From NCBI GenBank assembly GCA_039811685.1, contig JBDHZC010000001.1:544001-608000 (forward strand): a stretch of 64,000 nt of DNA, given 5' to 3'. The position numbers were made by a program, and so were the translations under genes. Below, piece by piece: positions 41,265-50,631 of this stretch; position 1 is the stretch's first letter, and every line of letters begins with the position of its first letter. This stretch comes from Armatimonadota bacterium (lineage in GTDB: Bacteria; Armatimonadota; UBA5829; DSUL01). The notes below the pieces were generated by a model, which ran no database searches, was not told the DNA's origin, and was given only the letters and a program-made list of their open reading frames with translations.

Positions 41265-42236
41265 ATGCGCGTTGTCTTTATGGGCACTCCAGAGTTCTCT
41301 GTCACAGTTCTTCAGGCACTCATCGACAGCCCGCACCACATAGCTGGAGTGGTCACCCGAGCGGATCGTCCAAAGGGTCGTGGACGCAGTGTTGAAGAGT
41401 CTCCTGTCAGCGCGCTAGGCCAGGCAAAGGGTTATCCTCTCCTGAAGCCAACGGGAAAATCAGATCCGGAGTTTGTCTCAACTCTCAAAAGGTGGAGCCC
41501 AGAGGTCACGGTAGTAGCCGCCTTTGGCTTGATTCTTCCGCCGGAAGTCCTCTCAATCGCGCCTCGGGGGAATGTTAATGTTCATGCCAGTCTCCTGCCA
41601 AAATACAGAGGGGCGGCGCCGATTCAGGACGCCATAATCAGGGGTGAGTCTATCACCGGCGTCACTACTATGTTGATGGACGAGGGATTGGACACTGGCG
41701 ATATTCTCCTCCAACAAGGCACAAACATCCCGCCGGATTTTACCGCAGGTGATCTGGAAACGCGGCTGGCTCGGGACGGAGCGAGACTGCTGCTGGAAAC
41801 TCTTACAGGAATCGAAAACGGGGTAATCACCCCACAACCACAGGACCCGGCGGCGGCTACTCTGTCCAAAACGCTGAAATCATCCGATGGATATATCCTA
41901 TGGAACCAGAGAGCCTTTGATACGCATAACAGAATAAGAGGCTGCACTCCCCGGCCGGGAGCCCGGTGTTTTTACGGGGGTCAGAGTGTGCGAGTATGGA
42001 AAGCTGACATAGCGGACTGCACAAAACTCGACTGCGCGAGGGCGCAGCCTGGCGAAGTGCTGACAGTATCTGAGCAGGGCATCATGGTCGCTTGCCAGGC
42101 TCAGACAGCGGTGTGGCTTCAGGAGGTGCAGCCGGCAAGTCGAGGGCGAATGAGCGCCGCTGATTTCGCCCGCGGAGTCCGTATGACGGGAGGTCAGGGC
42201 GCCCGTTTTGACACAGAGGCGCCTGTTTCAGGATAA
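41265..42236 (+). CDS. fmt: Methionyl-tRNA formyltransferase
   Basis: VFMGTPEF, NVHASLLPKYRGAAPI, LDTGD. Confidence 0.97.
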   Translation: MRVVFMGTPEFSVTVLQALIDSPHHIAGVVTRADRPKGRGRSVEESPVSALGQAKGYPLLKPTGKSDPEFVSTLKRWSPEVTVVAAFGLILPPEVLSIAPRGNVNVHASLLPKYRGAAPIQDAIIRGESITGVTTMLMDEGLDTGDILLQQGTNIPPDFTAGDLETRLARDGARLLLETLTGIENGVITPQPQDPAAATLSKTLKSSDGYILWNQRAFDTHNRIRGCTPRPGARCFYGGQSVRVWKADIADCTKLDCARAQPGEVLTVSEQGIMVACQAQTAVWLQEVQPASRGRMSAADFARGVRMTGGQGARFDTEAPVSG

Positions 42237-43042
42237 TGATAGCTGCAGTGGAAAACGACGAAGCAACAAACAAAGAAGCAGAAATTCGCCAGGCTGAGGC
42301 GCGCATTCGGGAACTGGAAATCAAACTCGCGCGTGTGCAAAAGGACCGCGCCGTGTTCGCTGTCAAGAGCAGACTGCTGGGAGAGGAGCTGGATCGCTAC
42401 CGCAACCGCGAAGACCGTGAGCATTCGCTGGTAGAAGACCTGCTTGAGCGCCAGCGTGAGCTCAATGTGATGCTGAATCGATCTAACATTCTGCTTGCAC
42501 GGGCTCAGGATGCGACGGCGATGCTTTCTATCGAATTTGGAGAGTTGGCTCGAGCTCTGCCTGAAACGGTCTCACCGGAGGGCGATACTCACGCACAGGC
42601 CGCCAATGTCGGTGATCGCGTTCAGAAGATCAACGATCTTTTCCGCAAGACGGGACAGCTTGCCGAAGAGCTCAAAGAAACTTTGCACAACAATGCTGAG
42701 GCACAACGCCGAGCTGCGGCGCCCGCCGGATCAAGCGCTTCGACACCGGTTCCGCCACCTCAGGCAGCCCCCTCAGCAACTCCTGCACAAGAATCTGCTT
42801 CTGCAGTGCCACAGGAGCCCGCGCCTCAAGAGGATGAAGCTGAGGTCATCGAGATCGACAAGATCAGAGAATCTGCTCCGAGCGTCTTTGAGAGCTGGGC
42901 AGCCCGCAGCAAAAGCGCGGGTGATGCTCCAGAGGATGAGATAATCAGAGAGATCGCGTCCGAGCAGGAGCGAGCCGATATCGAAGCGGCCCTGGGACAG
43001 CAGGGACTCTGGCAAAAGCTCAGAGGAAGATTCAACAAATAG
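42236..43042 (+). CDS. Coiled-coil hypothetical protein
   Basis: N-terminal heptad-like region, Pro/Ala-rich linker, amphipathic C-terminus GLWQKLRGRFNK; overlaps the fmt stop. Confidence 0.75.
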   Translation: MIAAVENDEATNKEAEIRQAEARIRELEIKLARVQKDRAVFAVKSRLLGEELDRYRNREDREHSLVEDLLERQRELNVMLNRSNILLARAQDATAMLSIEFGELARALPETVSPEGDTHAQAANVGDRVQKINDLFRKTGQLAEELKETLHNNAEAQRRAAAPAGSSASTPVPPPQAAPSATPAQESASAVPQEPAPQEDEAEVIEIDKIRESAPSVFESWAARSKSAGDAPEDEIIREIASEQERADIEAALGQQGLWQKLRGRFNK

Positions 43043-43094
43043 CGCCAGGCGCGCCTGCCCGTTCCTCCTGAGCGCCCACCGGTTCAACCGAATC

Positions 43095-43304
43095 TCAGAA
43101 CCAGCGCATATAAACGGCCGCTGTGATAAAAGCCAGAGCTAGAACTGCGGCTACAACGCGCAGCAGCATGGCGCGGCGGAAGCGCTTTAGCTGGTCCGGC
43201 ATCCAGTAGTCAGCATCGTACTCGTTGATCTCGTTGACGCCATAAACGTCCTCTTCATCTGGAAGTTGCTCGTTAGTGTGCCTAATCTCCACTGCTGTTT
43301 CCAT
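43095..43304 (-). CDS. Small membrane protein
   Basis: Acidic N-terminus and a single C-terminal TM helix. Confidence 0.6.
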   Translation of the reverse strand: METAVEIRHTNEQLPDEEDVYGVNEINEYDADYWMPDQLKRFRRAMLLRVVAAVLALAFITAAVYMRWF

Positions 43305-43350
43305 CTACAGCCGATACCAGCGGCTGGCGCGTGGTATAGTGTGAGTCGCT

Positions 43351-45066
43351 ATGATCTATGACGCCTTCACGCTTGCAGCCTGCGTGCGCGAAATGCAGGC
43401 GGTGCTCCCCGGCATGATTGTACACCAGGTGCGCCAACCGCACGAGCTGACGACAGTGCTGGTCTGCCGTACGCCGGGCCGTCAGGCGGAGGTGACACTG
43501 AGCGCTCACCCTCGCTACGCTCGCGCACACCTATCCACTGTCCGTGAACCGCTCCCGCAAAAGCCGCCCGGCTTCTGCCAACTCCTGAGGAAGCATCTCG
43601 AGGGCATGAGGATTGGCACAATCGAGCAGGAAGGCCTGGATCGTATTCTGACCATCTCCTTTCAAAGCGCTGACGGGATGCAGGTCAGTCTGGTGCATGA
43701 GATTATGGGACGCCATTCAAACACGATTCTTGTCTCGCCAGAGCGAAAGATACTCGGAGCCATCAAATATGTGCCTGCGCGTCTGAGCCGTGTTCGGCAG
43801 ATACTGCCCGGACGCGACTACGACATTCCTCCGGCCAACAGGCGGGATCCTCGTGCGGTTTCGCAAGCTGAGTTCGCAGACATGTGGGCACAGGACCTGT
43901 CTCAGGATGACCAGCTCGAAAAGGAAAAGGCAAAAAAATGGCTGATATCGACTTTCGAGGGGATGAGTCCCGCGCTTGCTGCAGAGACTCTGGCTCGCGC
44001 AGGACAAGCTGAGGCTTCTGCGGTCTTCCGAAGCCTCAAGGAGCTGCTGACAGTCTTCGAGACCAGGACATTCCACGCCGTTGTGATCCACTACTCCGAC
44101 CGGCCATACGAAGAGGTGTACCCCATCCACCTGAGCTATCTGCCTACCCAGATACAGCATCCGCGCTCTACTCTTTCGGAACCATTGGAAGCGACAGTGA
44201 GAGCCGAGATGGCAGGAGCAGCGCTGGAATCGGCGCGCGAGGAGCTTCTTCGGTTTATTCAGAAGAGCCGGCAGCGTCTGGCGCACGACGTGGAAGACCT
44301 CCAGGATATTCTCGCTCATCCGGAGGAGGGACAGAAGCTGAGGCAGACGGCAGACATTCTGGCGGGCAGCTATCACATGATACTTCCAGCAAAAGACAGT
44401 GTACGCCTGCCGGACTACTATGACCCTGAGATGGGCGAGATTGATATTCCACTGCGCTCTGATCTGACTGCCAACGACAACATCCAGCGATACTATAAGC
44501 TGGCGAAAAAGGCGGAAGACCGCTATCTGGCCGCCGAACAACGACTTCCCCAGATGCTGGCGGATACGCAAAGACTGCTTGATGTTGAGGAGAACGTACG
44601 CCAGGCAGAATCGCTTGAGAGTATTCGAGATCAGCGAGAAGCGTTGCTGAGCGCGCGTCTCATCCAGCAGACCCAACAGACTGTGCCGACTGACAGAGAA
44701 GAGCGCCCCTTTGAAGGCCACCGCATTCGCTGCGTTGTTTCCAGCGACGGGCTGGAAATACTCTACGGAGAGACCGCAGAGGCAAATGACTATCTCACCA
44801 CGCGGGTCGCCAGGCCAGGTGACATATGGATGCATGCAAGGTCTGTCACTGGCGCACACGTCGTTATTCGAATGAGTGGAGTGAAGCAGGTACCGGCCGC
44901 TACCCTTCGGGAAGCGGCGGACACTGCCGCCCGCCACTCAGACGCACGTCACTCATCCTACATCCCAGTCGACTGGACACTCAGGAAATACGTGCGCAAG
45001 AGTCGCCGATCAGCTCCCGGAGCCGTCACTTACACGCACGAGAAAACGCTCCACGTCACCAGATAA
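43351..45066 (+). CDS. rqcH: RqcH/FbpA (NFACT) ribosome quality-control factor
   Basis: LLRKHLEG, EIMGRHSN.IL, RYYKLAKK, DIWMHAR...GAHV, VDWT. Confidence 0.92.
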   Translation: MIYDAFTLAACVREMQAVLPGMIVHQVRQPHELTTVLVCRTPGRQAEVTLSAHPRYARAHLSTVREPLPQKPPGFCQLLRKHLEGMRIGTIEQEGLDRILTISFQSADGMQVSLVHEIMGRHSNTILVSPERKILGAIKYVPARLSRVRQILPGRDYDIPPANRRDPRAVSQAEFADMWAQDLSQDDQLEKEKAKKWLISTFEGMSPALAAETLARAGQAEASAVFRSLKELLTVFETRTFHAVVIHYSDRPYEEVYPIHLSYLPTQIQHPRSTLSEPLEATVRAEMAGAALESAREELLRFIQKSRQRLAHDVEDLQDILAHPEEGQKLRQTADILAGSYHMILPAKDSVRLPDYYDPEMGEIDIPLRSDLTANDNIQRYYKLAKKAEDRYLAAEQRLPQMLADTQRLLDVEENVRQAESLESIRDQREALLSARLIQQTQQTVPTDREERPFEGHRIRCVVSSDGLEILYGETAEANDYLTTRVARPGDIWMHARSVTGAHVVIRMSGVKQVPAATLREAADTAARHSDARHSSYIPVDWTLRKYVRKSRRSAPGAVTYTHEKTLHVTR

Positions 45067-45069
45067 AGC

Positions 45070-45306
45070 CTACCGATCCAGAAGCTCAAATATCACATCG
45101 CGTATACCGGGCCTGGAACGCAGAACACGGTGGAGGATGAGCATCTCTTCTTTCAGATCGCGCGGGTGACCGGCACACACCTTGAGGATACCTCGGAGGT
45201 ACACCACTCCGTGCATAGCGTTTACCTGCAGTTGGCTGTCATCCAGATGGCGCCGAATAATTTCACGACGCACCATCCGGGTAGTTTCGGCGTCTTGAAC
45301 TCCCAT
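45070..45306 (-). CDS. Small hypothetical protein (BON-like fragment)
   Basis: LQVNAMHGVVYLRG...PGIRDV resembles a BON domain; SD GGGAG. Confidence 0.65.
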   Translation of the reverse strand: MGVQDAETTRMVRREIIRRHLDDSQLQVNAMHGVVYLRGILKVCAGHPRDLKEEMLILHRVLRSRPGIRDVIFELLDR

Positions 45307-45561
45307 TCCGGCACTCTCCCTTGATCAACACCGGCCCTCACGTACTTTGATGTACGTGAGGTTGGATTTCTTCACACTTACAACTACCTGCGTTTCTTGT
45401 AGTCTGGACAGTCGATAGCGTTTGGACGCTCGGGACGCCGGCATGCGTCCCTGTAGTCGTACTGGCAGGAGTCACACAAGTACTTTGGAAAGCCAGCCTT
45501 TGCGCGCGCAACGCGCCAGAGTCTCAGCATTTTTCGTCGCAGCTTCACAAAGATGGCTCTC

Positions 45562-46140
45562 TCAAAGATATCTGCTCCTCGCCAGCTCTGATCTGTGCTC
45601 GAGTCCCAGCTCTCGCAGCCGCAGTCGCATGGCCGCCATAGACACCCCGAAACGATCCGCCAGAACGCGTGATTTGTTTATCTCCGGGTGTCGCAGCTCA
45701 GCCGCCTGGACTCGAACGAGCTCTTCTGGCATCATCAAGTATACAGCGAACTGCGTCGCAAGGCGCTCTTCGATCTGCGACGGCAGCCGCGTTGGAAACA
45801 CCGGTAGAGCACTCATTATCTCAAAAAACTCATGCCACAAGACCAGCCCCAACCTCTCACTCTGGTGTCTGGAATACTGAATAGTGTAGAGATCTCCCGC
45901 TCGAAGCCAGACAGCCCGAACTCCTCTGCTAAGCGTTGCAGGCTCCAGCTTGACGCCGAATGTAGGCAGATATATGGCCGGGTTGCGCGGTATCTCGTGC
46001 AGTCCAAAGACCTCGCAGAAGCGCTGCGCGAATACCGAAATGTTCTGTGTGCCAATTCGGCTGAAGCGCCTGACAAACCGTCCCAATTGAGCGTCAAGCT
46101 CAGTGGCTGTGGTAGCTACAAAGCGTTGCATGAGAGCCAT
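45562..46140 (-). CDS. ImmA/IrrE-family metallopeptidase-like protein (HExxE variant)
   Basis: LVLWHEFFE, EERLATQFAVYLMMP, LADRFGVS..AM..RL. Confidence 0.85.
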   Translation of the reverse strand: MALMQRFVATTATELDAQLGRFVRRFSRIGTQNISVFAQRFCEVFGLHEIPRNPAIYLPTFGVKLEPATLSRGVRAVWLRAGDLYTIQYSRHQSERLGLVLWHEFFEIMSALPVFPTRLPSQIEERLATQFAVYLMMPEELVRVQAAELRHPEINKSRVLADRFGVSMAAMRLRLRELGLEHRSELARSRYL

Positions 46141-46144
46141 TTCA

Positions 46145-46552
46145 TCACACAAACTCCTCCGGCAGAATCTTCAGTCCCTCAGCCCTTTCATACAGCCGGA
46201 TAATGGCCAGTTTGGCCTCCACGGGAAGAGTCTGCATAGCGCGCGACCCCGCTCTGACGCCAGGGTCTCTCAGCACATAGTCGAAGGCTCGTTCAATCCG
46301 CTGATCGCGCGATTCACAGCCGTCCGTTGGCAAGAGCGCTACGGGCAGAAGGCCGGCTCGTGTCAACAAATCTTCTACGCGCACTCTGTACACCTGCGCC
46401 AGGCGTCCCAAGACTTTCGCGGAGGGATTTCTGCGGCCGTCCTCTATCTGATAGAGGTAAGGCGCTGATATCTCAGCAGACCTTGACACCTCCGCGACAG
46501 CCATCCCGGAGCGCTCTCGGATTTTTCTAAGGTATTCACCAATGGAGCTCAT
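46145..46552 (-). CDS. XRE-family HTH transcriptional regulator
   Basis: IGEYLRKIRE...ISAPYLYQIEDGRRNPS..VL..LA. Confidence 0.92.
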   Translation of the reverse strand: MSSIGEYLRKIRERSGMAVAEVSRSAEISAPYLYQIEDGRRNPSAKVLGRLAQVYRVRVEDLLTRAGLLPVALLPTDGCESRDQRIERAFDYVLRDPGVRAGSRAMQTLPVEAKLAIIRLYERAEGLKILPEEFV

Positions 46553-46588
46553 TTGAGTTGCCTGCCTGTAATCTCATGATACTGCAAG

Positions 46589-46602
46589 CGAACAATTGTT
46601 TC
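46589..46602. promoter_or_regulatory. SOS-like box upstream of the XRE/ImmA pair
   Basis: CGAAC-AATT-GTTTC just upstream of a minus-strand TATCAT (46576-46581). Confidence 0.55.
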
Positions 46603-46692
46603 CACTTACTCCGCTGGAAAGTGCCTCCCCCTCAAGGTAAACGCTGGAGACCTCTTATATTGAGGACTCAGGCTTGGCGTTGCAGATGACCC

Positions 46693-47685
46693 TCAGGGAA
46701 GCCCGGCCGCATCGGGCGGCGCGGCGCTAAGCCTGATGGCGCCCCGTATCAGAGCGCCCGCTGCTTGATAAAGTGGCGTTGCATCCGAAGGCGAGGCTTG
46801 TACTGCGATAGAGAAGACCTCCGGCGCTTCAGCAACCTGGCGCGCCGCAGCCCCAGGCGACGCGCTCTGCGATTTCAGTGCTGAGGAGCGATGTGAAGAG
46901 TCCCTAATTCGGGCAGTGATCCAGCAGGTGCGACCATTGTAGAAACCCGGTCCAGCAACTGTCGCCACTGAGTCATCGACAGACAAAGATGACGGGCTGG
47001 GCATAGAAATCTGAGCCAGAGGCCGCAGCGCCGCACCGGGCAATAGTGGATTAGACTCCCGGTAGGTAAGGGAGCCCGTGACTATACCTCTCAAAGTTCG
47101 CAAATCGAACCCGAAGCTACCGATCCCCTGCCCCGGAACATCACTGCGGACAACGCCTATACTGCCGATTCCCCGGGCCACTCCGTCGCTGTACCTCACG
47201 GGCCCGGCAACTTGCAGATCACCCTGAGTCACCGGCCCGCCAGCTTTGTACAGGACGACACCACTGCTGTTGTCCCGAGCCTCAACAAGCAAAGATGGCG
47301 ACACACCACCCACGGCTTCGATCCTCAAATCCATATCCGTGCCGTTCAGCAAACCTCGAGCCTCTATGAGCGCTCGATCCCCCTCGACCACGAGGTGGTC
47401 AACAGACTCAGATTCAATCACCACGAGAGGTCCAATCACACCGTGTGAGTCAGACCATGTGAACGACCCCTCAAGCGCACCAGCCTCTTGGCTCACACGG
47501 ACACGAAACGCCGCGTATGTGGTGATTCCAATGTCTGCGTCCACAAGGCTCACAGCGCCATCACCCTCAACCAGAGCGGTTGAGCTTGCTGAAGCTACCT
47601 GTCCCATTGGCTGCGCCGCCAGACACACAATGACGGCGCACAGCTCAAGAAATCTCCTTGTCTTCACCCAGCTTCTCCTTACCAA
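46693..47685 (-). CDS. Secreted hypothetical protein with two internal beta-rich repeats
   Basis: Signal peptide; both halves follow G.G...F...G.L/F...L.V.G/D..A...G..NG...LY.A.G....G. Confidence 0.7.
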   Translation of the reverse strand: MVRRSWVKTRRFLELCAVIVCLAAQPMGQVASASSTALVEGDGAVSLVDADIGITTYAAFRVRVSQEAGALEGSFTWSDSHGVIGPLVVIESESVDHLVVEGDRALIEARGLLNGTDMDLRIEAVGGVSPSLLVEARDNSSGVVLYKAGGPVTQGDLQVAGPVRYSDGVARGIGSIGVVRSDVPGQGIGSFGFDLRTLRGIVTGSLTYRESNPLLPGAALRPLAQISMPSPSSLSVDDSVATVAGPGFYNGRTCWITARIRDSSHRSSALKSQSASPGAAARQVAEAPEVFSIAVQASPSDATPLYQAAGALIRGAIRLSAAPPDAAGLP

Positions 47686-47782
47686 CGATCACACAGTACT
47701 GCCGATTATGGTAGGATAACACGTTTTGAGAGGACAGAGTCTGTCTTTCGCCAACTTTGTCGATGGAAGAGGGAGTGTTGAC

Positions 47783-49054
47783 ATGAAACTACGCCTGATC
47801 GAAGCTTCAGTTGCCGCGGGGACTGTGTTGGCAATGACGTCGAGCGTGAGCCTTTCAGCGCTGGCTTCTGACAGCGCGGCCTGTTTCAGTCTCATCCAGA
47901 CATCGGGCACAGGCGCCGCCGGATATGCTCAGATTGTGGGGGTGAAGGCTGGTCCTTTCAACGCAAGCGCATGGAACGCTGGGACACTGAGCCTGCTCCC
48001 GGACATCCGCCGCCCGTTGCTTCAGCCTCGCGAGGGTACCTGCCGCAACATCTACGCGCCGTCCGTTGTTGAGACTGAGCATGGATGGCGGGTATTTTAC
48101 GGAGCGTGGGACGGAGTGCCGACGTGCAACGACCGCATCTATAGCGCCATGACGAAGGATTTTCTCAACTTTTCAGATCGGCACACAGTCATAGAGCACG
48201 GCCCCTTCCAGCATGTCTGCAATGTGAACGCGCTCAGGCTTCCAGACGGCCAGTGGAGAATGGTGTGTACGGCTTATCCTGATAAGCTTGGACGCAATAA
48301 ACCCGCTCTGTTCTCTTCGCCAGATGGCAGGACATGGAACGCAAGCAGCGAACCCTGCACCGCGTCGCTGAAAGACATTGTGACGATGACTGGCTACAAA
48401 AACTACGACGACGCAGACATCAACGGAATGAATGCGTTGCTCTACGAGCGCGGGCAGTACACGTTGTATTTTGGGGACTTTCGCAACTTCGGCAAAGTGC
48501 ATCAGGCAGTTAGCAAAGACGGGCGTTCCTACACATATGAGCGCTCTGTTCTGGACGGCGCCTATGCAGTAAATGACGTCAAAAAGTTTAGGTCTAAGTC
48601 CAAATCCTGGTATTTAATGGGCCTCCATATGAACACCGACAAGCTCTTTTATACCTTGTCCGAGAACCCGAACTCGTTCTCCGGTGTTAAAGTTTTACAG
48701 GGTAACATAGACTCCGTTGATCGCTATATCGTGGCTATCGGTTGGGTGACGCAGGGAGAGCAGGAACGTAGCGGGCGGCGCGTGCTCGGATATCTGTACG
48801 GAGCCGGGCCCGACGCCGCTCTTGCATCCAATAAGATTTTCGCAACGTGGCTTCAGAAGAAAATAGTGCTCGTGGACAAGGACGGGCGGCGCATTGAGCC
48901 GCAGTATTCAAGCGGGCCGGACCGGCAACTCCTGCCGCTGACCGCGCCTTTTCACGGTCGCGCTGATGTCTACGCTGAGGACGGGCGCACTCTGCTCGGC
49001 TCCACCGGCCCCATAGCTCTGAAAGCTGGGGGCGTGTACGCACTTGAAAGATAG
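47783..49054 (+). CDS. Secreted beta-propeller glycoside hydrolase-like protein (GH43/GH32-like)
   Basis: Signal peptide; NIYAPSVV..W.VFYG.WD, FSSPDGRTW, VSKDGRSY blades. Confidence 0.6.
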   Translation: MKLRLIEASVAAGTVLAMTSSVSLSALASDSAACFSLIQTSGTGAAGYAQIVGVKAGPFNASAWNAGTLSLLPDIRRPLLQPREGTCRNIYAPSVVETEHGWRVFYGAWDGVPTCNDRIYSAMTKDFLNFSDRHTVIEHGPFQHVCNVNALRLPDGQWRMVCTAYPDKLGRNKPALFSSPDGRTWNASSEPCTASLKDIVTMTGYKNYDDADINGMNALLYERGQYTLYFGDFRNFGKVHQAVSKDGRSYTYERSVLDGAYAVNDVKKFRSKSKSWYLMGLHMNTDKLFYTLSENPNSFSGVKVLQGNIDSVDRYIVAIGWVTQGEQERSGRRVLGYLYGAGPDAALASNKIFATWLQKKIVLVDKDGRRIEPQYSSGPDRQLLPLTAPFHGRADVYAEDGRTLLGSTGPIALKAGGVYALER

Positions 49055-49188
49055 CTGCCTGATTCGGCGCTTTACTATTGCCGGAGACTGCGTAGTGCCG
49101 CTAACATGTGTGGATTGACTCGTTGATCACGATTGACTTTGAGCGTCCAGCCACAGCCAGGGCGGACCCTGTTATCAGAGGAGAGAAT

Positions 49189-49959
49189 TTGGAAGCAGCA
49201 GAGATCGCCAGACCCGAAATCGTCACTGAGCCGGAAGTGAGCCTTATCGCATTTACTCAGTTCCAAAAGCCGGAGGAGATCGACTGGACTACCGACACCG
49301 GTATTGACGGAGAAAAGCTGATAGAGTTTGCAGGGCGCATGTGCTACCAGTCGTGGGGCAACCCAGCGGGGCGCAGCAACGCGGACTACATTCGCAATAT
49401 GCTGGATCACGGTCATCTCTCAGTGATAGAGCACTCCGTGGCGGGCTTTTGCATCGAGGGAGTTTCGCGATCCTTGACACATGAGCTGATTCGCCATCGG
49501 CACTTTTCCTTCTCTCAGGTTTCACAGCGCTATGTCTCCGAGGACAAGGCACGCATGGTGGAGCCTGCCTGTATTGCTTCCGATCCCGAGGCGCACAGAA
49601 TCTGGGAAGAGACGGCGGCGCGCGCTCAGGAGGCCTACAGGGACCTGTATCAGATTCTCGCGGAAAGATTCGCGCAGGTCACTGACAAGACACTCAAGCG
49701 CAAGCTCGCCCGTCAGGCAGCGCGCAGTGTGCTTCCGAACTGCACTGAGACAAAGATCGTTATGACTGGAAACTTCCGCGCATGGCGTCACTTTATTCGG
49801 ATGCGCGCGAACGAACATGCGGATGTGGAAATCCGCGCCCTGGCCGTGAAAATCTGTCGCATTCTTAAAGATTTGTCTCCTGCTGTTTTCGGTGATTACC
49901 AGATCAGCGAGCTACCCGACGGGACAGAGGTCGCTACACCTGAGTTCGTCTACGAATAG
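49189..49959 (+). CDS. thyX: FAD-dependent thymidylate synthase
   Basis: EFAGRMCY, GHLSVIEH, RHRHFSFSQVSQRY; TTG start after GAGGAG. Confidence 0.96.
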   Translation: MEAAEIARPEIVTEPEVSLIAFTQFQKPEEIDWTTDTGIDGEKLIEFAGRMCYQSWGNPAGRSNADYIRNMLDHGHLSVIEHSVAGFCIEGVSRSLTHELIRHRHFSFSQVSQRYVSEDKARMVEPACIASDPEAHRIWEETAARAQEAYRDLYQILAERFAQVTDKTLKRKLARQAARSVLPNCTETKIVMTGNFRAWRHFIRMRANEHADVEIRALAVKICRILKDLSPAVFGDYQISELPDGTEVATPEFVYE

Positions 49960-49960
49960 C

Positions 49961-50584
49961 GTGCCAACAAGACTCTTCCAGAGGTCAATCGGGCCGATGG
50001 ACAACAACTGCTTTGCGGTTGTGGATCAGGACTCACGGGAGGCTGCCCTGATCGATCCGGGCTTTGGCGCAGTGCCAATCCTCGACGATCTGCCAGCAGA
50101 TACAAAAGTCAGACTGATACTGCTCACGCACGGACATTTCGATCATGTCGCTGATCTCGCACAGGTTGCAGAAACTACCGGGGCGAGAATAGGCATCCAC
50201 AAGGCTGACTCTCAGTTGCTCTCACAAGCCCCGCAGTTTGCTGAGATGTTTGGTTTGCGCTGTGATCCGGCGCCTGATCCAGACTTCTTCCTGGAACCTG
50301 GCAGCGATATCGAGTTAGGACGGAGCAGGATTGGAGTCCGCTACGCACCCGGACATTCGCAAGGCAGTGTTGTCTTTGTCACCGAGAATGTTGCCATCGT
50401 CGGTGACTGCCTGTTTGCAGGCTCCATAGGACGGACTGATCTGCCGGGCGGTAACCATCAGCAGCTACTCGACTCGATTCACCGGCAAATCCTGATCCTG
50501 CCAGATGAGACCGTCGTGTGGCCCGGGCATGGCCCAGATACAACGGTTGGCCACGAGCGCCTGACCAATCCGTATCTGGTCTAG
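49961..50584 (+). CDS. MBL-fold metallo-hydrolase (glyoxalase II-like)
   Basis: THGHFDH, PGHS.GS, GDCLFAGSIGRTDLPGG, PGHG. Confidence 0.95.
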   Translation: MPTRLFQRSIGPMDNNCFAVVDQDSREAALIDPGFGAVPILDDLPADTKVRLILLTHGHFDHVADLAQVAETTGARIGIHKADSQLLSQAPQFAEMFGLRCDPAPDPDFFLEPGSDIELGRSRIGVRYAPGHSQGSVVFVTENVAIVGDCLFAGSIGRTDLPGGNHQQLLDSIHRQILILPDETVVWPGHGPDTTVGHERLTNPYLV

Positions 50585-50631
50585 AGCGCACTCGTGAGTG
50601 TGCTCCACCGGCTAACTGCGCTCGGAAATAA

